Shown: positions 20,061 to 30,093 of the stretch, piece after piece
How positions within the stretch are numbered: the stretch's first letter is position 1
Layout: every line of letters starts with the position of its first letter
Assembly: GCA_035532555.1 (NCBI GenBank)
Contig: DATKQS010000006.1
Span: 9,380 to 73,379 of the forward strand
Direction of reading: 5' to 3'
Origin: Thermoplasmata archaeon
GTDB lineage: Archaea; Thermoplasmatota; Thermoplasmata; Lutacidiplasmatales; UBA184
DNA length: 64,000 bases
The notes under the pieces: model-generated
What the model saw: the letters and a program-made list of their open reading frames with translations, nothing else
Told to the model about the DNA's origin: nothing
Database searches by the model: none
Translations under genes and position numbers: made by a program

Positions 20061-22199
20061 ACCGGGAACCGACTCGCTGCCGGGGCTCGCCCGCACGGAG
20101 GGTGCCGGGGTCGGGGTCATTGCCGCCCGCGTCGCGGTCGCCGCCGACGGGGGAGGGGACGCGCCGACCATGGGAAGCTTCGTGCCCCGGGGAGTCGGGA
20201 TCGGGAGGCCGAGCTTCCCGCGGACCCAGTGGCGAACGTCGTAGATGTACATGTTCCCGTAGGGACACGCGCTGACGCAATCGCCGACGCCGCAGCACTT
20301 GGTGCTCCGGAACTCGCCCTTGGTGCGGAAGGAGCCGGGCATGTTGACGAGCCCGATGGGGCAGGCCTTTGCGCAGTCGAGCGTCGTGCACGCCTTGCAG
20401 ACGTCCTTGCTCCGGACCCTGAGCTTGAACAATCCGATCTTGTGGAACGCCTGGGAGATCGCCCCCGTGTAGCACCAGCCCATCGTGACGCAGTTGTAGG
20501 TCCCGACGTAGGGGACGGTGACGAACATCACGTACCAGAGGATCCCGAAGGAGATCGAGAACAGGAAGATGGTCGGGTCCGCACCGAGGACCGTCACGTT
20601 CCAGATCCCGGTCGAATCGAGATACGACGCGACCGATGCGAAGAGCAGCGAGCCCAGGATGACGCCGGTGGAGATCGAGTAGGCGGACGAGAATCGACTG
20701 CCGAGGTACTTGCGCCCCACCGGCCCGGAACGATTGAACGATTTCATCGAGTCGAGTGTCGTCCCCTGGTACATCAGCGCGGCCGTGCAGAACGTGGAGC
20801 AGACCACCCGTCGGCCGAAGAGCGCCGCCAGCGTTCCCATGATCGCGTAGGTGAGGATCACGACCGTGAGCACGCTCGCGGCGAGCACGGCCGATCCGAT
20901 CCCCATCGACCATCCGAGGACGGGGACGGTCGCCTGGGCCGGCGCGTTCGGAAACGCGGAGTGGTAGTAGATGCTCGGGAAGAACACCGCGAAGACCGCG
21001 TAGCAGAACATCATGAGGACCATCCGGATCCGGTTCTCCAGGTTCGGCGTCTCTCGGATCTTGAAATACACGAGAGCTCCCATCTCGATCCCCATCATCG
21101 TGAGGAACCAGGTCGACGCCGTCACTCCCGCGAGGAACCAGAATCCGTTGTAGATCGCGTTGTACGCGATCGTGCCGGCACTCCCGCTCAACGGGAGCGT
21201 GAAGAACGCCCCCGCGTAGTGCGCGGGGTCGATCTGGACCGCGAGGAGGGCCCCCATGAAGATTTCGGCGACGAAGATGGACGCGAGCACTCCGAACGTC
21301 CAGTTCGCATCGAGCTGCCAGGGCGTGCCCATCTCCTTGCCGAATCGCTCGGTGCCGACGATCGCAGCGAAGAACAGGACCATCTCGGCGACGATGCCGA
21401 GCGCGAAGACGTCCGCCCAGCCGCCGTAGTACAGCCAGATGAACTGGCCCGCCATCATGAGCCCGTAGATCCCCAGCAGAGCGCCCACGTAGTGGGAGAA
21501 CGCAGCATCGAGCTGGCGGTGCCGGTAGATGTACTCCATGAGATAGATGAACAGCACGATCATCGTCGCGCTCGAGAGATAGACGCTGAACGCGACCCAC
21601 CCTCCGAGGGCGAGCGCCGTAGGGGAGAGGAACATGATGAGGGACTGGAGGAGCAGCACGCGGTACAACCCCGCGGAGATCCGATCCCGCAGGAAGTACG
21701 TCGTCAGGGCCATCTCGGCCGACATCGTGAACAGGAACCAAGGGGAAGTCGCGACGCCCGTCAGCACGTCGAGGATCCCGCCGCTCAGCGCGGGCCCCGC
21801 CGCCAGTTGGAACGTGGCTCCCATCACGAGCTCGTTGCCTAGAACGAGGGCCACGACGGCGGCGATGAATCGGTAGGGATGGACGATCGGCCGGGCCACG
21901 AACCGGTCGCCCTCCTCGACGCGTTGCTTGACCTCTTTGAGGTAGGTGAGGAAGAACGGGATGACGCTGATCGACATCAACGCGCTCCCGAGCCAGAGAC
22001 CTTCGATGATCGACGAGGGGCCCGGGGCGACGAAGTAGAGCAGCGCTCCGGCGAACATCGCGACCATCATCGCGAGGAGGAACGTCACGACCGACGCGTT
22101 GACGGGGGTCTTTGCCTCCGAGGCCCACTTGATGAGGACCGCCGTCACGTAGGCCATCAACGCGCCGATCCCTGCGAGGATCGCATACGCGGCGATCAT
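20055..22199 (-). CDS. Large polytopic membrane protein with a C-terminal NapH/MauN/CcoG-like 4Fe-4S module
   Basis: Many TM helices; GRRVVCSTFC, NCVTMGWC, CKACTTLDCAKACP, CCGVGDCVSACP. Confidence 0.88.
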   Translation of the reverse strand: MIAAYAILAGIGALMAYVTAVLIKWASEAKTPVNASVVTFLLAMMVAMFAGALLYFVAPGPSSIIEGLWLGSALMSISVIPFFLTYLKEVKQRVEEGDRFVARPIVHPYRFIAAVVALVLGNELVMGATFQLAAGPALSGGILDVLTGVATSPWFLFTMSAEMALTTYFLRDRISAGLYRVLLLQSLIMFLSPTALALGGWVAFSVYLSSATMIVLFIYLMEYIYRHRQLDAAFSHYVGALLGIYGLMMAGQFIWLYYGGWADVFALGIVAEMVLFFAAIVGTERFGKEMGTPWQLDANWTFGVLASIFVAEIFMGALLAVQIDPAHYAGAFFTLPLSGSAGTIAYNAIYNGFWFLAGVTASTWFLTMMGIEMGALVYFKIRETPNLENRIRMVLMMFCYAVFAVFFPSIYYHSAFPNAPAQATVPVLGWSMGIGSAVLAASVLTVVILTYAIMGTLAALFGRRVVCSTFCTAALMYQGTTLDSMKSFNRSGPVGRKYLGSRFSSAYSISTGVILGSLLFASVASYLDSTGIWNVTVLGADPTIFLFSISFGILWYVMFVTVPYVGTYNCVTMGWCYTGAISQAFHKIGLFKLRVRSKDVCKACTTLDCAKACPIGLVNMPGSFRTKGEFRSTKCCGVGDCVSACPYGNMYIYDVRHWVRGKLGLPIPTPRGTKLPMVGASPPPSAATATRAAMTPTPAPSVRASPGSESVPGL

Positions 22200-22253
22200 C
22201 GGGATCCGCTCCGGGCGCCGTTCCTTCGGGCCACTCCGTTCATCCTCGTCGCG

Positions 22254-23594
22254 CTACGGGCTCCGCATCCCACCCGCCGAGGCGGCGGGGGGCGGGCTCG
22301 CCGGGGAGTCGATGACGACGAGGCGAGCGGAGGGCCCGGGCGAGGAGGGCGGCCCGAGGGGTGCGGCGGTGGAAATCGGGGCGGGCGATCCTGCACCCAC
22401 CCAGCCTGCGGACCACTCGAGGGGTTGGAAGGCGCGAGTGGGGAGGAGGGCGAACGCGATTGCGAAGCCGCCCACGAGGAGGTACTGGAATCCCCAGCGC
22501 AGTGCGACGGTGAGGCCGTCGGTCGTCAGGGGAACGACCGCACCCCAGCCGGCCGGGAGCCCGAGCATCCCGAGGATCTCGTTGCCGAGACCGTAGATCC
22601 CCCAGCTCGAGATGGGCGGCGGAACCCACGTGACCAGACTGAGCCCGGCGACGAGCAGGGTCGCTCGCAGTACGAGCGACCAGGAGCGAGCGATCGTCTG
22701 GAGACCGCGGTGGATCGCCGAGGGGAACAGCGCGACCAAGATCGCGAGGAGGGCGGGGAGCTGGTACTGGATCCCCCAGGAGAACCAGATCGCCGCGGAG
22801 GCGCTCTGCGGTGGGATGGTGATCCAATCCGCGACCATCGCGAGCGACCAGGTAATGCCGCCTACGAGCAACGCGACCCGCAGGATCGCCCCAACGACGA
22901 ACCTACGGTCGAGCGGCGCGGCCGCGGCGAGCGCGGGGGTGTCCCTGCCGACCCCGGCGCGCGAGAATATCCCCCGCGTCACGAATAGGAGCTGCTCTTG
23001 GGCGATCAGCGCGATCCCCATGACCACGACCTGGAACAGGCTCAGGTACCAGCTGTTCGCGACCAGGGTGTAAGTGGTGCTGCCGGTCGTCTGGGCCACG
23101 GCACCGATCCCCGCGGCGGCCGCCGCACCGGTGGAGCAACAGGCTCCCAAGGTCACCAGCGCGATCATGGCGGGAGTGAGCCCCACTCCCGAGCCGATGG
23201 CCGTGGAACGCGCCGCCCCGCTTCGGCGCATTCGAACGAGTTCGACCGCCAAGAGGACCGCGGCCGAGATGCCGATCCCCACTCCGATCGAGACGAAGAT
23301 CATCGTCCATGTCGGCAGGAACGGGAGGTCGAGCACCCCCCAGCCTCCCACGACCAGGATCCCGGGGTAGTTCCACCACTGCGGGTTCGTACCGGGGCTC
23401 CACAAGATCTCCGCGTACGGCGCCACGTGGAGCGGGGTAAGGATCAACATCTCCCCGACCCACATGGAGACCAGCGCGAACACGACCGCGAAGAACGCTG
23501 CCATCATTCGACCATGGCGTTCGCGCACGAATCGACGGGTTTCGCGCAGGGTCAGGATGGCAAGCAGGCCATGGGATGGAGCCTCGTCTACCAT
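22254..23594 (-). CDS. Multi-TM membrane protein with a vicinal Cys pair
   Basis: LVTLGACCSTG in a hydrophobic segment; WWNYPG; upstream of and co-oriented with the 4Fe-4S membrane protein. Confidence 0.8.
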   Translation of the reverse strand: MVDEAPSHGLLAILTLRETRRFVRERHGRMMAAFFAVVFALVSMWVGEMLILTPLHVAPYAEILWSPGTNPQWWNYPGILVVGGWGVLDLPFLPTWTMIFVSIGVGIGISAAVLLAVELVRMRRSGAARSTAIGSGVGLTPAMIALVTLGACCSTGAAAAAGIGAVAQTTGSTTYTLVANSWYLSLFQVVVMGIALIAQEQLLFVTRGIFSRAGVGRDTPALAAAAPLDRRFVVGAILRVALLVGGITWSLAMVADWITIPPQSASAAIWFSWGIQYQLPALLAILVALFPSAIHRGLQTIARSWSLVLRATLLVAGLSLVTWVPPPISSWGIYGLGNEILGMLGLPAGWGAVVPLTTDGLTVALRWGFQYLLVGGFAIAFALLPTRAFQPLEWSAGWVGAGSPAPISTAAPLGPPSSPGPSARLVVIDSPASPPPAASAGGMRSP

Positions 23595-23699
23595 TCTCTT
23601 ATCGGACTGAGGAATCGCTTAAGAGACCCCGGTCCGGACTCTGCCCAGCATCCCCTCCGGCGGCCGGCCGTCTTCTCCCGGGGAGAGGAAGATGGCGAG

Positions 23700-24689
23700 T
23701 CAGCGGCCCCGCCGTAGGCTCGCCGGGGCCGAGAGCATTGGGAGCTCCAGCTCGGCGGCCGGGATCCCCGCCAGTCCTGCCGGCCGGTAGGCGCCGTAGT
23801 ACGGGATCCGGTGCGTGATGACCCGGCGAAGCGCGTCCCGGACCGCGTCATCCCCAAGACCGCGGGTCGGGATCAGGTCATCGTTGCGGTTGAGGCAACC
23901 CTTCAGCTCCCCGCGGTGGGTCACGCGGATCCGGTGGCAGTTCGCGCAGAACTCGGCGTTGCCCACCGGATCGACGAGCTCGACCTCGGCGCCTTGGAAC
24001 AAGTACACGCGTCGGTGGTGCATCTCCCGGACGAGCACTCGGCTCGCGTGGGTCTCGAGCCAGCTCTTCACCGCCGCGATATCGACCATCCACTCGCGGT
24101 GGGCGACCAGTTCCGGCATGAACTCTATCAACTGGAGTCGGAGCCCGTCCTCGGACCCGACGTAGTCGATCATCGCCGGAATGTTCTCCAGGGTCGACCG
24201 GAAGACTACCATGTTGAGCTTCACCGGCTTGAGCCCCACGCGCAGGGCCTCGCGGACGCCCCGAAGCACCGGGGCGAGAGCTCCCCCTCGGATCGACCGG
24301 AACTGATCCGGATCAAGTGAATCGACGGAGACGTTCACCCGCTTGAGCCCCGCGTCCCGCAGGGACTCCGCGCGGCGCTCGAGCATCGCGCCATTCGTCG
24401 TCAAGGAGACGTCGGGGATGTGCCGGACCGTCCGATCGACGATGGCCTCCATGTCCGGCCGGACCAACGGCTCTCCTCCAGTGAACTTGACGGCCCGGAT
24501 CCCGAGCTCCCGGGAGAGGCGCACCAGTCGCGCGATCTCCTCCAGGGTCATCTCCCCCGGATCCCGATGCCCGGCGCGGGTGGTCGGGCCCTGGCCCTCG
24601 TCGTGACAGTACACGCAGGAGAAGTTGCACCGCTTCGTGACGCTGATCCGGATATCCGTGACCTCGCGTCCGAAGGCGTCGCTCAGCAT
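23700..24689 (-). CDS. moaA: GTP 3',8-cyclase (molybdenum cofactor biosynthesis)
   Basis: DAFGR, RISVTKRCNFSCVYCH, FTGGEP, FCANCHRIRVT...KGCL; start could also be 24716 or 24743. Confidence 0.93.
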   Translation of the reverse strand: MLSDAFGREVTDIRISVTKRCNFSCVYCHDEGQGPTTRAGHRDPGEMTLEEIARLVRLSRELGIRAVKFTGGEPLVRPDMEAIVDRTVRHIPDVSLTTNGAMLERRAESLRDAGLKRVNVSVDSLDPDQFRSIRGGALAPVLRGVREALRVGLKPVKLNMVVFRSTLENIPAMIDYVGSEDGLRLQLIEFMPELVAHREWMVDIAAVKSWLETHASRVLVREMHHRRVYLFQGAEVELVDPVGNAEFCANCHRIRVTHRGELKGCLNRNDDLIPTRGLGDDAVRDALRRVITHRIPYYGAYRPAGLAGIPAAELELPMLSAPASLRRGR

Positions 24690-24915
24690 GCGATCGGGAG
24701 TAGGGTGGGCGGTCATATAGCCCACGGAAACCCGGCGCGACACCCGCCCATCGCCCGAGCCGCATCGTGGCGGGCCGATCTCAGAGCCGGCCGGCCCGAC
24801 GGAGGATGGCGGAGGATCGTGAGCGGCCGGCGGACGCTAAGTGCGGCAGGCCCCTTGGTTCCCGCGCCGAGGCCAAGGCTCACCGGGTCGCGGGGCCGAG
24901 CGCAGAGGAGGATCG

Positions 24916-26349
24916 ATGCCGACGGACGAGCACTCCCGCTACGAGCGAACGCCCATTCCCGAGGAACCCGCGCGCGACCGCGCCGCGAGCTTCATCGAGA
25001 TCCGGCACCCGTACCTCCCGGACGATGCGGTCCTCGAGGCCCAGCGTTGCCTACAATGCGCGATGCCGTACTGTGTGCAAGCTTGCCCCATCGACCAGGA
25101 TGCGCGCGGGTACATCCTGCGGATCGCCGAACGCAAGTTCGACGAGGCCGCCCTCGTGGTCCTGCGGGAGAACCCTCTCGGAACGACCCTGTGCAAGGTC
25201 TGCTACCACTTCTGCGAGGATGCCTGCATCATGCACGAGCGGGGCGTCCCGATCGCGATCCGTCAGCTCAAGCGGGCGGCGATGGAGCTGGGAAAGTCGG
25301 ACCTGTACTACGTTCCCAGCGCCCTGCGCGAGGAGCGTGTGGCGATCATCGGCGCGGGACCGGCGGGATTGATGGCCGCGTGGGAGCTCGGGCTGCGCGG
25401 ATACCGCGTCACCGTGTTCGAACAGCAGCCGTACATCGGCGGGCAGGTCGGCGAGATCCCGAAGTACCACATGGACGGCTACGAAATCGAGGTGGACGCG
25501 GGGCGGTTCCGGGACCTTCCTGTGACCTTCGTCATGGGGAAGAGGATCGGAACGGATGTGACGATCGAGAGCCTGCACGCCGAAGGGTACTCGGCGATCT
25601 ATCTCGCGGTCGGCACCTCCGACCACAAGGCGCTCGGCATTCCCGGTGAATCCCTGCCGGAGGTGTACGGGGCCATCGATCTTCTCAAGGATGTGAACAA
25701 AGGCCCACCGGTCTCGGTCGGTGCGCACGTCGTCGTGATCGGAGGCGGGGATGTCGCGATGGACGCCGTGCGCTCCGCCTTGAGGCTCCAGCCGCAGAAG
25801 GACGTGACCGTCGTGTACCGGCGGACCCGGGACAAGATGCCGGCGGGGCACGAGGAGTCCGACGAGGCGGAGGAAGAGGGGGTCCGCTTCCTCTACGAAC
25901 TCAGCCCCGTGGAGATCCTGGGGACCGATCACGTGGAGGGGATCGTCGTCCGTAAGACGAAGCTCAGTGCGCCCGGCCCATCGGGTCGGCCCTCGGTCGT
26001 CCCGGTTCCAGGTTCGGAGAAGACCATCCCGTGCGACATGGTCATCGTCGCGGTCGGTGAAGCTCCCGTCCTCGCGGGGTTCCCCGACGCTCTTGATCTC
26101 CGATTCGGCGCGCAGGGCTGGCCCGAGGGCAAGAACCCGGACTCGATGACGGGGATCGAAGGGATCTTCGCCTCGGGAGGGAAATCGGTCGTGCACGCCA
26201 TGGCGGCCGGGACGCGCTCCGCGAAGGGCATCGATGCCTATCTGAGCCGCAAGGCCGGACGGCCCCCGATCCCGCGCCCGGATCCTTTCGGGAAGGAAGA
26301 CCCTCCCGCCCTGCCGAGGGGCTACGGGGCTCCGACCTGGACCCCGTAG
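24916..26349 (+). CDS. GltD/SudA-like Fe-S flavoprotein (NAD(P)H-dependent oxidoreductase), stand-alone
   Basis: EAQRCLQC..PYC..ACP, VCYHFCEDAC, IIGAGPAG, VIGGGDVAMD, VYRR; GAGGAGG SD. Confidence 0.9.
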   Translation: MPTDEHSRYERTPIPEEPARDRAASFIEIRHPYLPDDAVLEAQRCLQCAMPYCVQACPIDQDARGYILRIAERKFDEAALVVLRENPLGTTLCKVCYHFCEDACIMHERGVPIAIRQLKRAAMELGKSDLYYVPSALREERVAIIGAGPAGLMAAWELGLRGYRVTVFEQQPYIGGQVGEIPKYHMDGYEIEVDAGRFRDLPVTFVMGKRIGTDVTIESLHAEGYSAIYLAVGTSDHKALGIPGESLPEVYGAIDLLKDVNKGPPVSVGAHVVVIGGGDVAMDAVRSALRLQPQKDVTVVYRRTRDKMPAGHEESDEAEEEGVRFLYELSPVEILGTDHVEGIVVRKTKLSAPGPSGRPSVVPVPGSEKTIPCDMVIVAVGEAPVLAGFPDALDLRFGAQGWPEGKNPDSMTGIEGIFASGGKSVVHAMAAGTRSAKGIDAYLSRKAGRPPIPRPDPFGKEDPPALPRGYGAPTWTP

Positions 26350-26417
26350 CCGCTCCACCCATTCCCACCGGGATCGGCATATCGGCCGGGGCTCCTGCCT
26401 CGGTTCGTGGATCCCCG

Positions 26418-26610
26418 GTGCGGCTCATCTGCTCCGGCATTCGGGTGCGGGACGTCACCCGGTCGATGCGATTCTACGAATCGATCGGGTTCCGGGTCGT
26501 CAAGCGAGGATGATTCGCGCACGGCGGCAAGTACGTCCACCTCGTCGTTCCGGGCTCTACCCACCGCATCGAGCTCAACTACAACCCCCGAGGCTCAAGA
26601 TTCGCCGATC
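26418..26610 (+). pseudogene. VOC/glyoxalase-family pseudogene
   Basis: MRLICSGIRVRDVTRSMRFYESIGFRVVKRG*FAHGGKYVHLVVPGSTHRIELNY; in-frame TGA at 26511-26513; second half of the fold missing. Confidence 0.75.
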
Positions 26611-26680
26611 TCCATGGGAGCTGGGGTTCGGTTTCGCGCCCTTATCCGCCCGTTCGCTATCCGTTTCGTCGAGGACGTTC

Positions 26681-27157
26681 ATGAAGTGGGTGACCCGAGA
26701 GAAGGCCCGAGTCGATCGAATCGCATGCCCGTGGCTGATCCGAAAGTTCATCGATCCTCGAGCGGAGTTCCTCTACGTTCCGAAGGAGAAGGTCGCGGAA
26801 GTGGCCGCGAGGGAAGGCGCCACCCCGTTCGACGTGCCGGGGGTGGAACTTCACCACTACGAGGAGGGCGGAAAGGAGTACGTGAGCTTCGATGCGATCA
26901 TCCGGAAGTACAAGCTGACGGACCCGGCACTGCTCGAGCTCGCCAAGATCGTTCGGGTGGCCGATGGGGGATTCGGGCAGGAACCCGAGGCGGCCGGGCT
27001 CGAAGCCGCTGCCACGGGGTTCCGTATGCTCGCGCACGACGACCTGGAGAACCAACGGCTCCAGTTCCCACTGTACGACGCTCTCTACACCTACTGTCAG
27101 TGGAAGGTCGACCACGGCGGGACGCTCGAGCATACGGGTGCCCCCTCGACCCCGTGA
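26681..27157 (+). CDS. Chromate-resistance ChrB C-terminal-domain protein
   Basis: MKWVTRE..RVDRIACPWLIRKFIDP, PFDVPG, SFDAII, IVRVAD, PEAAGLEA, YDALY. Confidence 0.88.
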   Translation: MKWVTREKARVDRIACPWLIRKFIDPRAEFLYVPKEKVAEVAAREGATPFDVPGVELHHYEEGGKEYVSFDAIIRKYKLTDPALLELAKIVRVADGGFGQEPEAAGLEAAATGFRMLAHDDLENQRLQFPLYDALYTYCQWKVDHGGTLEHTGAPSTP

Positions 27158-27222
27158 TGCGGGCGGGGACCTCCCTCGCGCCGTTCCCGGGGGACCTATT
27201 GTGAGCCGTCGGGAGTAAGTCG

Positions 27223-28596
27223 ATGCCGTCAGAAGCACCCGAGGAACTGGACTCGCCCGCTTCCCGGCGGGACCAGCTCCTTCTGATGGGAGCCCGGACC
27301 GCGCGGGGGTTTGGTGCGGGAGCCCTTTCGATCGTCATCGCCCTCGACCTCGCCGGCGCGGGGTACTCCTCCTTTGCGATCGGGCTCCTGCTCGGTCTCG
27401 CCTTAGGCGGCGCGGCCGGCTGGGCTCTCCTGGTTCCGCGCCTCGAGCTGCGTTGGCCGCGTCGTCGGGTGTTCGCGCTGTCGGCCGCCGCCCTCGCCGC
27501 CGGCGGAGTGCTCCTGTGGATCGACATCGGAAACCCCGTCATCGTGCTCGCGGCCTTCCTGCTCGGCGGGATCGTCGCCGGCGGGGCCGACGTGAGCCCG
27601 CTCGGAGCGCTGGAGCAAGCCTCCCTCGCGGGTACCACCGGACATCGGCAGAGGACGCAGACCTTCGCCACGTACAATCTCCTGGGCTACGTCGGGGTCG
27701 CCTTGGGCGCGCTCGCCGCGGGCCCGCTCTACGGCGTGAACACCTCGGTGTTCCCAGGACTTCCTTCGGGCCCTCACGACGCGACGTTCCTGTTCTATGG
27801 TCTGCTCGGGCTCATCCTCGTGCCCGCCTACCAGGCCCTCTCGAGCGATGTCGATCGCGAGGCGGCGGCCGGTCGACCCTCCCCGCTTTCCCCGTCCAGT
27901 CGCTCGACCGTCTACTCGCTCTCGGCGCTGTTCGCAGTCGATGCGTTCGGTGGGGGGCTCATCGTGAACAGCCTCGTCGTCTTCTACTTCTCGACCCGGT
28001 TCCACCCGTCGGTCGACGCTCTCGGGTTCGTCTTCTTCGCGAGCAGCCTGGCCGCCGGGGCGTCGCTGATCCTCGCGGTCCCCCTCGCCCGACGCATCGG
28101 GCTCGTCAACACGATCGTGTTCAGCCACATTCCTTCGAACATCTTCCTGATCGCGGTCGTCTTCGCTCCGACGTTCCTCGTCGCATCGATCCTCTGGATC
28201 GCTCGAGCCACCCTCTCCCAGATGGATGTCCCCACGCGCCAGTCCTACGTCCAGGCCGTGGTGCCGAGGGAGGACCGCGCCGCCGCGGCGGGCTACACGA
28301 CCGCGGCCCGCGGCTGTCAAGCGCTCGGTGCTCCGGTCACCGGAGCGTTTCTCGCGGCCGGTGGGCCATGGCTCAGCGCTCCCTTCGCACTCGCGGGATC
28401 TGTGAAGATCGGGTACGACCTCGCGTTCTACTCTCGATTTCGGCATCATCGGCCCCCCGAGGAGGGCTCCCCTCCGCCGGGGGACCGATCGCGAGCGCCC
28501 ACCGGGAACCCACCGGCGGAGGAGCCGGGAATGCCACGCCGCCCGCAGCGGGCGTCGGGCGCGGGGAATGCGAACCCGAGCGGGACCGGAACCTAG
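27223..28596 (+). CDS. MFS transporter
   Basis: About twelve TM helices; DAFGGG, IGLVNTIVFSHIPSN, LSQMDVPTRQSY. Confidence 0.9.
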   Translation: MPSEAPEELDSPASRRDQLLLMGARTARGFGAGALSIVIALDLAGAGYSSFAIGLLLGLALGGAAGWALLVPRLELRWPRRRVFALSAAALAAGGVLLWIDIGNPVIVLAAFLLGGIVAGGADVSPLGALEQASLAGTTGHRQRTQTFATYNLLGYVGVALGALAAGPLYGVNTSVFPGLPSGPHDATFLFYGLLGLILVPAYQALSSDVDREAAAGRPSPLSPSSRSTVYSLSALFAVDAFGGGLIVNSLVVFYFSTRFHPSVDALGFVFFASSLAAGASLILAVPLARRIGLVNTIVFSHIPSNIFLIAVVFAPTFLVASILWIARATLSQMDVPTRQSYVQAVVPREDRAAAAGYTTAARGCQALGAPVTGAFLAAGGPWLSAPFALAGSVKIGYDLAFYSRFRHHRPPEEGSPPPGDRSRAPTGNPPAEEPGMPRRPQRASGAGNANPSGTGT

Positions 28597-28721
28597 GGGC
28601 ATCGCTGGGCCTGCGCGGAGATCGCGATTCCGCGGAGGGTTCGACGAGCTATTCCCCCCATCGGTCCGGCCCGCGCTGGGGTGCCCGGTTTCGAGCCTTG
28701 CCCGGCGGACCCAGAGAGGCG

Positions 28722-29678
28722 CTACCCGACGGCGGTGCGCGAGGCGCCGTTCGAACGGGGCAGGGCATCCTCGGGAACGGAAGGCTCGGTCTCGAGTTCG
28801 AACACGGAGTGGACGATTCCGAACGCACGCTCCATTCGCTCCCGGAGCTCGGCCGTGACCTCAGAAGCTTCGTGCATGGGCATGTTCTCGACCCGGACGT
28901 GCGCGGTCATGCACACGAGGGTCGGACAGACCGCCCAGATGTGAACGTCATGCACTCCGCGAACGCGAGGCGTGGCGAGGATCGATTCGGTAACGACCGG
29001 GAGGGAGACCCCCCGCGGCACGCGCTCGGTGAGGACCGCCCAACCTCCCTGGAAGATCGGGATCGACTCGTAGATCAGGATCGCCGCAACGACAAGCGTG
29101 ACCGCACCGTCGATCCATACGGTCCCCGGGGAGAGCACGAGGATCGCCGCGTCCGCGATCAGGGCCGCGGTGATCGCGATATCGGTGCCGAGGTGGACGA
29201 GCACGCTGCGGACGTTGAGGTCCCGGGCCGCGCGGGGGATCCGCCCGAGGTAGACCGCGGAGGCCGAACGCAGTGCGAGGGTGGGCACGGCCGCGAAGAG
29301 GATCCAGACCGGGTCGATCGGGCCGAGCAGGGACGTCCGATTGACGAGTTCCAGGATCGCAGGGTACGCGAAGAGGACCCCCGCCGCCAGGATGATGAAC
29401 GCGTTCAAAATCGCAGCGAAGACTTCGAGGCGGTGCGATCCGAACGTATGGGCGTCCGTCCGCCCCCGAGCGGTCCCGGCAAGGGCGAGATACGAGATCG
29501 TGAACGCGAAGATGTCCGGGAGGTCGTGCACCGCATCGACGGTCACCGCGAGGCTCCGGCTCAACACGGCGCCGATCGCTTCGAACCCTAGGACGACGAT
29601 CGCGAGGACGAGCGCGACCAAGAGGCCCCGCAGGATCCGCTGCGAGGCTTCCGACTCCCCGTGGGCGTGCTCGGTCAC
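28722..29678 (-). CDS. Cation diffusion facilitator (CzcD-like Zn/Co/Cd exporter)
   Basis: SLAVTVDAVHDLPD, TFGSHRLE, DLNVRSVLVHLGTD, VHDVHIW. Confidence 0.92.
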   Translation of the reverse strand: MTEHAHGESEASQRILRGLLVALVLAIVVLGFEAIGAVLSRSLAVTVDAVHDLPDIFAFTISYLALAGTARGRTDAHTFGSHRLEVFAAILNAFIILAAGVLFAYPAILELVNRTSLLGPIDPVWILFAAVPTLALRSASAVYLGRIPRAARDLNVRSVLVHLGTDIAITAALIADAAILVLSPGTVWIDGAVTLVVAAILIYESIPIFQGGWAVLTERVPRGVSLPVVTESILATPRVRGVHDVHIWAVCPTLVCMTAHVRVENMPMHEASEVTAELRERMERAFGIVHSVFELETEPSVPEDALPRSNGASRTAVG

Positions 29679-29875
29679 GGCCCGACAACGTTCGGCAGGA
29701 CGCTTAAGCGAATCGTCTACGCGGAATCGCGGCGGGTCAAATCGAGGTTAGGGATCGACATAGGGGTGGCCGGTGACGAGTCTAGGACCGACGCGGTCGA
29801 CTTGGACCGGTAGCGCCCGGTTCGAGTCGGGTACTCGGGAAGGAGAGACTACATCCACGGGTCCGTGAGGGTACC

Positions 29876-30093
29876 TTGGGGTGCCACTCTTGCGGCCACA
29901 CCGATAGGGGGAACCGGAACGGGGAGGTGTTCTGTTGCCGAGGATGTGGCTTCACCGGCAACGCGGACGTCAACGCCGCGAAGAACCTCCTGATACGGTT
30001 TAGGGGCCGAGAGCCCACCCCCGCCCGAGCCTACGGTCCGGGCTTCCAACCGGGAGGTGGGGCCTAAATGTCTACGCCGAAAGGAACGGTCAC
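29876..30093 (+). mobile_element. Truncated tnpB remnant (Zn finger + RuvC-III + 3' tail / presumed right end)
   Basis: CHSCGHTDRGNRNGEVFCCRGCGFTGNADVNAAKNL; no RuvC-I/II upstream; tail ends GGAACGGTCAC at the vapC stop. Confidence 0.8.

Noticed and set aside
26511..26513. In-frame TGA as selenocysteine or readthrough
   Set aside because: The gene is also truncated, the position is not a recognisable catalytic Cys, and no Sec machinery is visible in the window; a pseudogene is simpler
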